The notes under the pieces: model-generated | The model's input: only the letters and a program-made list of their open reading frames with translations | Database searches by the model: none | What the model was told of the DNA's origin: nothing | Translations under genes and position numbers: made by a program | NCBI GenBank assembly: GCA_044355075.1 | Contig: JBIKYV010000003.1 | Coordinates: forward strand, 7,324-71,323 | Source: Prosthecobacter sp. | GTDB taxonomy: Bacteria; Verrucomicrobiota; Verrucomicrobiia; Verrucomicrobiales; Verrucomicrobiaceae | Length of the DNA stretch: 64,000 nucleotides | Direction: 5' to 3' | In this document: piece after piece, positions 38,715 through 47,385 of the stretch | How the letters are laid out: each line of letters starts with the position of its first letter | Numbering within the stretch: position 1 is the stretch's first letter

Positions 38715-38915
38715 ATGAGCATGAACTGGCTACAAGATTTCCTGCCGCTGATGCGCTGCCCGGACACGCATCAGCCCCTGCGTTTCGCTACGGCGGCAGA
38801 CCTACTGCAGCATGGTCTGCCTGCGGACCAGCAAGCGCTGGCTCGTCAGGATGGCACTCGTCTATTTCCCATCGACCAAGGTATTCCGATTCTACTTCCT
38901 GAAGAAAAACCTTGA
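38715..38915 (+). CDS. Trm112-like small protein
   Basis: LMRCPDTHQPL...FPIDQGIPILLPEE. Confidence 0.75.
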   Translation: MSMNWLQDFLPLMRCPDTHQPLRFATAADLLQHGLPADQQALARQDGTRLFPIDQGIPILLPEEKP

Positions 38916-38954
38916 TCGGTTGCGTGCGCCAGTCGTGCCTCTTTTTGTTGTCTC

Positions 38955-40109
38955 ATGGCTGATATTCCTCAGGTCGCTGTTCTTGTGGATACCTCACGCA
39001 CTTATGGGCGTGACATCGTGCGCGGTATTCGCCGTTACGTGGCGGAAAAAGGCCCTTGGTCGCTTTACCTGGAGCCGCGTGATCTGCGTTCTCGCTTTCC
39101 GCTTTGGCTAAAAAAATGGCCTGGTGATGGCATCCTGGCCCGCACGGTGGATGCTGAATTGTTGCGCCACCTGAAGGCGACGCGTCTGCCTGTCATCGAG
39201 CTGCGCAGCACCATCCTGAAGCATTCCTTTCCCTTTGTCGGCATCGATAATCAAATTGTCGGGCGCAAAGTCGCTGAGCATGTGCTGGAGCGTGGTTTTC
39301 GGCGCTTTGCCTGTTACCTAGACCCCTCGGAACGCTTTCTCCAAGAGCGCAGCCGAAGTTACATCGACATGCTGGCGGCAGCCGGTTATGCCTGTTCGGT
39401 GTTGGAGACGCAGCCCGGTGGCGAGCATGGCATGAGCTGGGATCGGCATCAGCAAAAGTTAGCCGACTGGCTGACCAGTTTGGAAAAGCCCTGTGCGGTC
39501 TTTTCCTGTCATGATCAGATTGGCTTTTGGCTGTTGGATGCTGCCCGCCGGGCTGGCATTTCCGTGCCTGAGCAGATCTGTGTGGTGAGTGTGGAAAATG
39601 ACAAAACGCTGTGTGAAACGGCCTGGCCTCCGCTTTCCAGCTTGCAGCTGCGTGGTTCTCAGGTCGGTTTCATGGCCGCTCAGCTTCTCGATACCTGGAT
39701 GCGCGAGGGAAAGTCACCGCCAGCTCAGACCTTGCTGCCACCCGGAGAGGTCGTCGTGCGTCAGTCCTCGGACATTGTGGCGGTGGATGATGTCCGCATT
39801 GCCCGGGCGTTGCAGTTTATCCGTCAGCGCGCCTCGCTGGGCATCGGGGTGAATGAGGTGGCGCGTGAGGTGGCCCTCTCTCGCAGTATGCTGGAGCGGC
39901 GGATGAAGGCCATCATCGGCCGCAGTCCAGGCGAAGAAATCATCCGCATCCGCTTCAGTCAGGTGGAGCAACTCTTGGCTCAGACAGATCTCACGCTAGA
40001 TGCCATTGCGGAAAAAGCAGGATTCAAGCACCCGCAATACATGGCCGAGGCCTTTCGCAAGCGTCTCGGTGTCACACCCGGTGAATTTCGCCGAAGGAAC
40101 AAGCCTTAA
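38955..40109 (+). CDS. XylR family regulator (periplasmic-binding-like sensor + AraC HTH)
   Basis: VAVLVDTSRTYGRDIVRG, GDGILAR, VPEQICVVSVEND, PLSS, AGFKHPQYMAEAFRK and TPGEFR. Confidence 0.9.
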   Translation: MADIPQVAVLVDTSRTYGRDIVRGIRRYVAEKGPWSLYLEPRDLRSRFPLWLKKWPGDGILARTVDAELLRHLKATRLPVIELRSTILKHSFPFVGIDNQIVGRKVAEHVLERGFRRFACYLDPSERFLQERSRSYIDMLAAAGYACSVLETQPGGEHGMSWDRHQQKLADWLTSLEKPCAVFSCHDQIGFWLLDAARRAGISVPEQICVVSVENDKTLCETAWPPLSSLQLRGSQVGFMAAQLLDTWMREGKSPPAQTLLPPGEVVVRQSSDIVAVDDVRIARALQFIRQRASLGIGVNEVAREVALSRSMLERRMKAIIGRSPGEEIIRIRFSQVEQLLAQTDLTLDAIAEKAGFKHPQYMAEAFRKRLGVTPGEFRRRNKP

Positions 40110-40147
40110 TGTCGAGAACTCGACTTGGCCGAACGTAATCGCAGACT

Positions 40148-41242
40148 GTGATCGCCCTTTTTTTCTCACGCTGCTGCCTCGCTCGCGTCTTTGGCATGCT
40201 CCCATTCGGGCTAGCCACGGTCTGTGCCGAGGAGACGAACGTGCCGCGCGTGCATTGTGTTTATGAGGCAGCGACGCGTCAGCTCCAGGTGACCACGGTG
40301 CAGGGGCGGCGCTTTCGTTTTGGCTTCAATCCTGGTGGGGCGATCTGCTCGGTGCGCGATCTTGATCTCGCCCCAGAGGTCGAAATCATCGGTGATGCTT
40401 TCCAAGGCGAAACCACGGACCGTGTCATCCAGTGGACCTACTGGAATGGTCGCTACCTTGCACAGGCCCATCAGGCCGGTGATGGAGACCGCCGTGCCAA
40501 TGTGACGATGGAAGGATGCTACCACGGGCGTGAGGTTTGTGAGGTGCTGGAAACTCCAGCGAGTGGTGATGCGATGGAGCTGACCTTTCGCTCGCGCATC
40601 ACACACTGGTTTTATGCTGAGCTGGATCGCCATGGACGGCCTGACTTTGAGACGATCTCCCGCTATCAAGTCCTGGCAGATGGCAGTCTGCGATTGGAGC
40701 GCTCAGTCGTGCGTCGTCCTTGGGTCTTGAAAAACGTCACTGCTCGAACATGGCAGCCACGTTTGCAGAGCTGGCTAGATGGAGTTCAGGATGAAGTCCG
40801 ATTGGAAGCCCGGCATTTGTGGCCAGCTTCGATGACCTCTTACTTCGAGGCATGGACGCCGCTGCGTCGGAGTGCGCTACCTGAGGTCAGGCATGAGAAG
40901 GGCGTTTTGGAAAAAGGCGGCTACCTCTTCTGGCTGCCGCAGGACATGGGCGGCTGGGCCATGGCCTACGGGGAAACATTGGCCTTTGGGGTGATTTTCG
41001 GCACGGTTCAGCCTGCCTGCCCACCCCATGCCCTGCGGTCGGTTTTCAACACGATGCATTTGCCCGAGCATAACCTGACCCTACTGCTTCCAGGCATTGA
41101 ATTGGATTGGCCGGATGATGCGACACTGGTGCAGACGCTAGTCTTTGCCGTGGGCAGTCCCCCAGAAGTCGAAGCACGTGCACGTCGTCTCGCGCCTGAG
41201 GTTCCCGCTGCGCAACTGCGTGTGAAGCTACCATCGAAGTGA
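40148..41242 (+). CDS. Secreted hypothetical beta-rich protein (possibly mutarotase-like fold)
   Basis: GTG start, signal-like N-terminus, aromatic beta-strand-rich sequence. No family recognised. Confidence 0.6.
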   Translation: MIALFFSRCCLARVFGMLPFGLATVCAEETNVPRVHCVYEAATRQLQVTTVQGRRFRFGFNPGGAICSVRDLDLAPEVEIIGDAFQGETTDRVIQWTYWNGRYLAQAHQAGDGDRRANVTMEGCYHGREVCEVLETPASGDAMELTFRSRITHWFYAELDRHGRPDFETISRYQVLADGSLRLERSVVRRPWVLKNVTARTWQPRLQSWLDGVQDEVRLEARHLWPASMTSYFEAWTPLRRSALPEVRHEKGVLEKGGYLFWLPQDMGGWAMAYGETLAFGVIFGTVQPACPPHALRSVFNTMHLPEHNLTLLLPGIELDWPDDATLVQTLVFAVGSPPEVEARARRLAPEVPAAQLRVKLPSK

Positions 41243-41249
41243 AGTCGCG

Positions 41250-41281
41250 AAAAAAATCTCGGGGCGATCAGGCCCCGAGAT
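41250..41281 (-). terminator. Intrinsic terminator of the pilT operon
   Basis: ATCTCGGGGC-gatcag-GCCCCGAGAT 10 bp stem preceded on + by an A run (U tract on the minus strand). Confidence 0.8.
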
Positions 41282-41328
41282 GTTGAAGCCCTCTCGCGAA
41301 ACAAGTCGGGCTGGATCGTGCAGTTGGG

Positions 41329-42438
41329 TTATTTCTTTTTGCTATCTTCGCCGCCACCGGCGTTGGCGATGGCTTGTTCTTCGGGCGGCAGGAAGGCTTT
41401 GAAGCGACCTTTGTCGATGGCTTTCATGTAGGCTTCCATCGGGCTGATGTAGCCATCGCGCAGCTTTTGCCAGATACTGTCGTCCATGAACTGCATGCCC
41501 AGAGCCTTGCCGCCGATGATGACGTCGTAGAGCTTCTGGGTGGCGCCTTCACGGATGATGGCACCCACGGCTGGGGTGGAAATCATGATTTCATTCACGG
41601 CTGCGCGGCCCTTGCCGTCTGCCTTTTTCATGAGCAACTGGGCCACTACGCCCTTCAGCGAGGCGGCGAGCATGGTGCGCACTTGGCTTTGCTGCTCGGC
41701 AGGGAAAACGTCGATGATACGGTCCACTGTCTTGCGCGCGTTGTTCGTGTGCAGAGTGCCAAAGACGAGCAGGCCCGTTTCGGCAGCGGTGAGGGCGAGC
41801 GAGATGGTCTCGAGGTCACGCATTTCCCCCACGAGCACGATGTCGGCGTCCTGCCGCAGGGCAGCGCGTAGACCATCGGCGAAAGAGGGCGTCTGGATCG
41901 GCACCTCGCGCTGAGTAATGATGCTCTTTTTGTTACGGTGAACGAATTCGATCGGTTCCTCGACGGTAATGATGTGACGTCGGAAGTTGGTGTTGATGTA
42001 ATCCAGCAGGGCCGCGAGCGTGGTCGACTTGCCTGAACCTGTGGGGCCAGTGACGAGTACGAGACCGCTGCGCAAGTGGCCAAATTCCTTGACCACCTGG
42101 GGAATTCCGAGCTGCTCTAGGCTGGCGATTTTGGTGGGAATGATACGGAAGACGCAGGCATAGCCGTTTTGCTGCTTGAGGTAATTGCAGCGGAAGCGGT
42201 GCTCGGCATCCATCTCGTAGGCAAAGTCGAGGTCGCCCTTCTGCACATAGCGTTCCCAGCTCTTGGGGTCGCAGATTTCCTGCATCATGAGCTCCATGGT
42301 TTCGGCGGTCAGGATGTCGGAGGAGATGGGCTTGATGCTGCCGTGGACGCGGACTTTGGCCGGCTGCCCCTGGCTGAGGTGGAGGTCAGAGCCGCCGAGG
42401 TCGATGAGGGTCTGGAAAAGCTGGTCGATGACTGGCAT
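41329..42438 (-). CDS. pilT: PilT/PilU family retraction ATPase (copy 2)
   Basis: GSDLHL, GPTGSGKST, ITVEEPIEF, ALRQDADIVLVGEMRDLETI, AETGLLVFGTLHT. Confidence 0.92.
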   Translation of the reverse strand: MPVIDQLFQTLIDLGGSDLHLSQGQPAKVRVHGSIKPISSDILTAETMELMMQEICDPKSWERYVQKGDLDFAYEMDAEHRFRCNYLKQQNGYACVFRIIPTKIASLEQLGIPQVVKEFGHLRSGLVLVTGPTGSGKSTTLAALLDYINTNFRRHIITVEEPIEFVHRNKKSIITQREVPIQTPSFADGLRAALRQDADIVLVGEMRDLETISLALTAAETGLLVFGTLHTNNARKTVDRIIDVFPAEQQSQVRTMLAASLKGVVAQLLMKKADGKGRAAVNEIMISTPAVGAIIREGATQKLYDVIIGGKALGMQFMDDSIWQKLRDGYISPMEAYMKAIDKGRFKAFLPPEEQAIANAGGGEDSKKK

Positions 42439-42492
42439 GATCGTGAAAGACGGGGTTAGCGCGTTGGGGTAGTGGGCTGCGGCTTGCCTAGA

Positions 42493-43605
42493 TTACTTCA
42501 GGCTATCAAAGAAGAGCTTCATCTGCTGCTTGTCCTCCGCGCGGGACTCGCATTCCTCACGGGTGATGAGGCCTTTGGTGTAAAGATTGCGCAGGGAATC
42601 GTCCATGGTGATCATGCCAACGTTTTTGCCGGTTTGCATGACGCCATTCAGCATGAAGGTCTTGCCATCGCGAATACAGGCTGCGACGGCGGGTGTGTTC
42701 ACCAATAGTTCCAGTGCCATCGCGCGGCCATTGCCATCGGCTTTTGGCACGAGCTGCTGGGAAAGGATGCCGCGCAGGGATTCCGAGACCATGATGCGGA
42801 TCTGATCACGCTGGTCGGGCGGGAACACGTCGAGCACACGGTCCAGGGTTCTTGCGGAGTTGCCAGTGTGCAACGTGCCAAGCACCAAGTGACCCGTTTC
42901 CGCAGCGGTAATGGCGAGCGAGATGGTCTCCAGGTCGCGCATTTCCCCCACCATGATGACGTCCGGGTCTTCACGCAGAGCTCCGCGCAAGGCGGCGGCG
43001 AAGGACTGGGTATGTGTGCCAACTTCGCGCTGGTTCACATGGCAGCCTTTCGGCTCGATGACGTATTCGATCGGCTCCTCTAGGGTAATGATATGATCTT
43101 GTCGCTCCTTATTGATCGCATCCACGAGTGCGGCGAGCGTGGTGGACTTGCCACAACCCACGGGGCCGGTCACAAGGACGAGGCCGTTGTGATAGCGAAT
43201 CAGGGTGCGGACGGTGTCAGGCAGGTCCAGCTCCTCGATCGTGCGGACGTGGGTGCTGATGATGCGGAAGGTAATGTCAATGCCGAGGCGCTGATGAACG
43301 ACCGACGCGCGGAAGCGTCCGAAATCGGTGGAGTAGGCAAAGTCCACGTCGCCTTTTTCCTCTAGGCGCTTGATTTTGTCTTCACTGAGGAAGCCGTAGG
43401 CAAGGCGGCGTGTGTCCTCAGCGGTGAGCGCAGCGCCATTGTGCCAAATGGGGCCTAGCTGGCCGTAGCGCCGCCAGATGGGCTGGCAGGCGGTGGCCAG
43501 ATGCAGGTCGGAGGCGTCATACTGCATGCAGAAGCGCAGGTAGTCATCGACGGAGCCCAGGACGGGCACGAGGTCTTCGGCAGGGGCGGCGGCTTGGTCA
43601 GACAT
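42493..43605 (-). CDS. pilT: PilT family retraction ATPase (copy 1)
   Basis: ASDLHL, GPVGCGKST, ITLEEPIEY, ALREDPDVIMVGEMRDLETI, AETGHLVLGTLHT. Confidence 0.93.
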   Translation of the reverse strand: MSDQAAAPAEDLVPVLGSVDDYLRFCMQYDASDLHLATACQPIWRRYGQLGPIWHNGAALTAEDTRRLAYGFLSEDKIKRLEEKGDVDFAYSTDFGRFRASVVHQRLGIDITFRIISTHVRTIEELDLPDTVRTLIRYHNGLVLVTGPVGCGKSTTLAALVDAINKERQDHIITLEEPIEYVIEPKGCHVNQREVGTHTQSFAAALRGALREDPDVIMVGEMRDLETISLAITAAETGHLVLGTLHTGNSARTLDRVLDVFPPDQRDQIRIMVSESLRGILSQQLVPKADGNGRAMALELLVNTPAVAACIRDGKTFMLNGVMQTGKNVGMITMDDSLRNLYTKGLITREECESRAEDKQQMKLFFDSLK

Positions 43606-44029
43606 GGGCTGGAGGGTCTTCGGACGTGGGAGGCACAGGGGCCACGTGCTTGGAGAATTGCTGGGTCAGGTATGTTTTCAGGAACTGGGAGCCATATTTC
43701 AGCGCGGCTTGGCGGGCGAAGCCGGCCATGGGTGCGAAGAGCAGGGCTATAAATCCATTTTTTCTATCGGATGCACTGGCGATGTCACGATCAAATTTCC
43801 CAGGCCGTGATGGCAATAGCAGCTTCAGCAGTAAGAGCCCGCCCACTCCAGCTGCTGCGGTCCAGGCCCAGACATGTTTTTGCACAGAGTGCCGCAACAG
43901 GGTGCGGGGGTTCCACGCCTCTGAGGCGAGTTGAACGTGAGCCCCGATAAGGACGCGTGCCTCATCGAGGTCACGCAGCGCCTGTTGTTTGGGGGTCAGT
44001 GGGGTGGGGGTGGATTGCTTCCTAGCCAT
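43598..44029 (-). CDS. YqjK-like hypothetical membrane-associated protein
   Basis: Third gene of a DUF883/YqjE-type cluster with one hydrophobic segment. Its stop overlaps the pilT start. Confidence 0.6.
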   Translation of the reverse strand: MARKQSTPTPLTPKQQALRDLDEARVLIGAHVQLASEAWNPRTLLRHSVQKHVWAWTAAAGVGGLLLLKLLLPSRPGKFDRDIASASDRKNGFIALLFAPMAGFARQAALKYGSQFLKTYLTQQFSKHVAPVPPTSEDPPAHV

Positions 44030-44385
44030 TCACGGTCGCGCTGAAATTGTTTGAAGGTCTCTTCAAAAACCTGAAGCCTGCATGCCAGATGGCGCAGGCG
44101 TAATAGGAAGATGAAGCCAAAGAAAAGATGCAGGCCTGCCGCACCGAGGGCTACTTTCCACCAAGCCCAGCCCTGAGTGTGAGCGACCAGCCAGACTAGG
44201 GCAGGGGCGGCAAACAGCCAGCCACAGAGCAGGCAACCTGCTGTGATGCAGGTCAGCACGATCAGGCTGGTGAACTTCACCCCGGCCTCCTGTGCCTCAA
44301 TTTGCAGTAGGCGTCCACGCGCCTCTCCATAAAGCGCCAGTGCGCGCAGCAGAGACTTCAGGCGTGAGACTTCCAGGTCCATCAT
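43996..44385 (-). CDS. YqjE-like / phage holin superfamily membrane protein
   Basis: RGRLLQIEAQE, two TM helices and FEETFKQFQRDREWL tail. Confidence 0.78.
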   Translation of the reverse strand: MMDLEVSRLKSLLRALALYGEARGRLLQIEAQEAGVKFTSLIVLTCITAGCLLCGWLFAAPALVWLVAHTQGWAWWKVALGAAGLHLFFGFIFLLRLRHLACRLQVFEETFKQFQRDREWLGSNPPPPH

Positions 44386-44468
44386 GGTATTTGAAGGGGA
44401 AAGCGAGCAGTTGCGAACAAGAGGGGAAGGCGTTGGCCATGCATGGCGCTATGCTCTGAACCAAAGGC

Positions 44469-44858
44469 TCAGCGCCGTAGCAATAGGCCGACGACGAGAC
44501 CGACTCCGAAGGCGGTGATGAGGGCTTGGCGGGGCTTTTCCCGAGCTAGCTTTTCTGCCTCGGTCATCAGGCTTTCGTATTGCTGCTGGGCATGACCTAG
44601 GGCTTCGTCGGCAAAGGCGCGCAAGTCATCGGACTTGTCTTGCAGCTCGGTTTTCAGCTCAGAGGCCTTTTGTTCGGCAGAGCTTTTTAGGGTCTGTGCC
44701 CGTGCTTCGGCCGCTTGGCGCAGTTCGCTAGCCTTTTGGGCGGCAGCGGCGCGCAGCTCCTCAGCAGCTTTCAGTGCGCTAGCCTTGGCCGTTTGAAAGG
44801 AATCGTTCGAGGGGGTAGCACTGAAGCTCGATGGATGCACTGAGGAAGTTTCGTTCAT
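44469..44858 (-). CDS. DUF883 (ElaB/YqjD) family tail-anchored protein
   Basis: Ala/Lys/Glu coiled coil ending REKPRQALITAFGVGLVVGLLLRR. Confidence 0.85.
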   Translation of the reverse strand: MNETSSVHPSSFSATPSNDSFQTAKASALKAAEELRAAAAQKASELRQAAEARAQTLKSSAEQKASELKTELQDKSDDLRAFADEALGHAQQQYESLMTEAEKLAREKPRQALITAFGVGLVVGLLLRR

Positions 44859-45032
44859 GATGCAGAAAGGAATTTGGCTAGCGCGCATCTAAATCCTACG
44901 GCTTCTTCTGGCGAGGGAAAAAACAGTGGCCTGGCGCGGTCCAGGCTTGGCAAAAGCCCCGATGGCTGATGATACTCGATAAATACGACGGTTGCAGTCC
45001 GTCTCCCTCAAAACCCCACCTCCGAAAACGCC

Positions 45033-45971
45033 ATGGCCCGCAAACTTAGCCACATCGCCCCCGACTGGTGGGACTACACCACCCTCGATCATTCTCTGAT
45101 CAATGATGCCGCCCGTCTGACGGAGCGTGATCTTCGGCAGCTTTCGCGGCCTGGTTTCAAAGTGGTCATGTATGACACCCTGGAGGAGTTTTACCTCGCT
45201 GAGGCGTTGGAATACATTCACGCTTGGCGCCAAGCCACGCCGGACAATCCAGCCGGTATCTGCGGCCCCATCGGCCCTACGGAGCAGCTGCCGCTCGTGG
45301 CACGTCTGGTGAATGAACTCGGCCTGTCTATCAAGGACGGCCACTTCTGGGGCATGGACGAGTGGTATGATCCTGACACGAAAAAGGAAGTCAGCATGGA
45401 TCACCCGCTGTCCTTTGAGAAAGCGGACCGCGAGCTGTGCTTTGATCGCATCCAGAAAAAGCTGGTCATGCCCGACAGCCAACTGCACTTCCCCAAGGCC
45501 GATACCAGCGCCTACATCAAAAGCTGGAGCAGCGGCGTGCGCTGCATCGTCATGCAGGGTGGCCAGGGAGACATCAAGCACTGGGCCTTCAATGACCCCC
45601 TGAAGCGGACGGGGAAGTGGAAAAATGAACCGCCACCTGCGGCCGAATACCGCAAGCTCGGCACTCGCATCGTCGATTTGCACCCCATCACTTTGGCGCA
45701 AAACGCACGCACGTCTGGCGGCGGAAACATCACCATGGTGCCGCAGATGGCTATCACCGTCGGCCCGAAGGAGACCTGGATGGCGGAAAAAGTCAGCATC
45801 TGGCACGCAGGCATGCACGATAACCCGCTAGGCCAGCGCCTGACCGCGCTGATGATCTCCAAGCGCATTGTGGATAGCAGCGTGCCCATGTCGCTCCTGG
45901 CCGACCATCAAAACGTGCAGTTCAACTACTACCGCAAGGGCCTCGGTGAGGTGGCGGTGGAGATGCACTAA
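45033..45971 (+). CDS. Glucosamine-6-phosphate deaminase/isomerase family protein
   Basis: [33 protein letters not shown] and AITVGPKE (NagB-like, PVC type). Confidence 0.8.
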   Translation: MARKLSHIAPDWWDYTTLDHSLINDAARLTERDLRQLSRPGFKVVMYDTLEEFYLAEALEYIHAWRQATPDNPAGICGPIGPTEQLPLVARLVNELGLSIKDGHFWGMDEWYDPDTKKEVSMDHPLSFEKADRELCFDRIQKKLVMPDSQLHFPKADTSAYIKSWSSGVRCIVMQGGQGDIKHWAFNDPLKRTGKWKNEPPPAAEYRKLGTRIVDLHPITLAQNARTSGGGNITMVPQMAITVGPKETWMAEKVSIWHAGMHDNPLGQRLTALMISKRIVDSSVPMSLLADHQNVQFNYYRKGLGEVAVEMH

Positions 45972-46061
45972 AGATGCTCGCATCTCCTCCTGCATTGCAG
46001 CCGTTTTCTCAGGAAAGCGGTAGCTAAAGGTTGAGCATCGGCATGCATGGGCTATGCGTAA

Positions 46062-46077
46062 GCGTTCGTTTGAACGC
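46062..46077. promoter_or_regulatory. Putative LexA (SOS) box
   Basis: Perfect dyad GCGTTC-gttt-GAACGC directly before ATG 46078. It fits the GTTC-N4-GAAC core reported for Verrucomicrobia LexA. Confidence 0.75.
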
Positions 46078-47385
46078 ATGGAGCTAACCCGCAAACTTGA
46101 AATCTTGGCTGACGCCGCCAAATACGATGCCTCGTGTGCCAGCTCTGGCGCGGCACGGAAAGATTCGCGAGACGGCAAAGGCATTGGCTCCACCGGCGGC
46201 ATGGGCATCTGCCACAGTTACACGCCGGATGGACGTTGTGTGTCTCTGCTGAAGGTGCTGCTCACCAACGCCTGCCTTTACGACTGCCACTACTGCATTA
46301 ACCGCCGCTCCAGCAATGTGCAGCGTGCTCGCTTCACCCCCGAGGAGGTCGTGCAGCTCACGCTGGATTTCTACAAGCGGAACTACATCGAAGGCCTCTT
46401 TCTTAGCAGCGGCATCGTGCGCAGCGCGGACTTCACCATGGAGCAGGTCATCGAGGTCGCCCGCCAGCTGCGCGAGGTTCATCACTTCCGGGGTTACATC
46501 CACCTGAAGACCATCCCGGAAGCCTCGCAGGAACTCATCGAAAAAGCCGGGCGCTACGCTGACCGCATCAGCATCAATGTCGAGCTGCCCACCCAGGAGG
46601 GCTTGGATAAGCTGGCCCCGGAGAAAAACCTCGCCAACACCAAGCAGGCCATGGGCGGCATCCGCGCGAAGATCGAGGAAACCGTCTTCGCGCGCCAGGA
46701 GGCCAGGAAGATCAAAAACACCCCGCGCGCCAAAGCTCCTGTCTTTGCCACCGGCCAAAGTACCCAGATGATCGTGGGAGCCGATGAATCCAGCGACGCG
46801 CTGGTGCTCGCCCGAGCGGATGAGCTTTACCGCGATTACCGCCTGCGCCGCGTCTATTACAGCGGCTTCAGCCCCATCCCCGAGCCCAGCGTGCTGCTGC
46901 CCATCAAGCCGCCGCCGCTTGTCCGCGAGCACCGCCTCTACCAGGCCGACTGGCTTCTGCGCTTCTATGGCTTTGACGTCGGTGAACTGCTGCCCAAGGA
47001 AGATCCGAACCTCGATCTGGAGCTCGATCCCAAGCTCGCCTGGGCGCTGAGGAACCGGCATCTCTTCCCTGTCGATATCAACCGTGCGCCGCGTGAGCTG
47101 CTCTGGCGCATCCCAGGTCTCGGTACGGTGAATGTGGAACGCATCATCTCGGCCCGTCGTCATGCACGTCTCAGGTTGATTGACCTGCAACGCATGAGGG
47201 TCAGTTTGAAAAAAGTCCTGCCTTTCATGATCGCAGCGGATCACTCCCCGCGCGTCGCTGTGCTGGAAGATACAAACCTGCGTCATCGCTTTCTCCCCGC
47301 ACCGCGTCAGCTTGAACTTAACTTCGACGTGCCGCCTCCTGCCACCCGACAGGATGCACTCATGGCTCTGAGCGGTCAGCTATGA
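46078..47385 (+). CDS. Putative DNA modification/repair radical SAM protein (TIGR03916-type)
   Basis: KLEILADAAKYDASC, ICHSYTPDGRC, CLYDCHYC, NYIEGLFLSSG, REHRLYQADWLLRFYGF and HhH LLWRIPGLG. Confidence 0.92.
   Translation: MELTRKLEILADAAKYDASCASSGAARKDSRDGKGIGSTGGMGICHSYTPDGRCVSLLKVLLTNACLYDCHYCINRRSSNVQRARFTPEEVVQLTLDFYKRNYIEGLFLSSGIVRSADFTMEQVIEVARQLREVHHFRGYIHLKTIPEASQELIEKAGRYADRISINVELPTQEGLDKLAPEKNLANTKQAMGGIRAKIEETVFARQEARKIKNTPRAKAPVFATGQSTQMIVGADESSDALVLARADELYRDYRLRRVYYSGFSPIPEPSVLLPIKPPPLVREHRLYQADWLLRFYGFDVGELLPKEDPNLDLELDPKLAWALRNRHLFPVDINRAPRELLWRIPGLGTVNVERIISARRHARLRLIDLQRMRVSLKKVLPFMIAADHSPRVAVLEDTNLRHRFLPAPRQLELNFDVPPPATRQDALMALSGQL

Noticed and set aside
43996-44385. Holin-like protein as evidence of a prophage
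   Set aside because: Its context (DUF883 and YqjK-like neighbours) marks the chromosomal yqjDEK-type cluster, and there are no phage genes nearby.
44927-44948. TGGCGCG-N4-AGGC GG-N10-GC spacing upstream of the nagB-like gene
   Set aside because: The -12 element lacks TTGC, and the match is explained by a GC-rich hairpin (GCCTGG/CCAGGC).
46084-47286. 400 aa antisense ORF, and similar long shadow ORFs (e.g. 44889-45818, 49155-49982, 47376-48215)
   Set aside because: They lie opposite well-supported genes in high-GC regions, where stop-poor antisense frames are expected, and carry no recognisable motifs.
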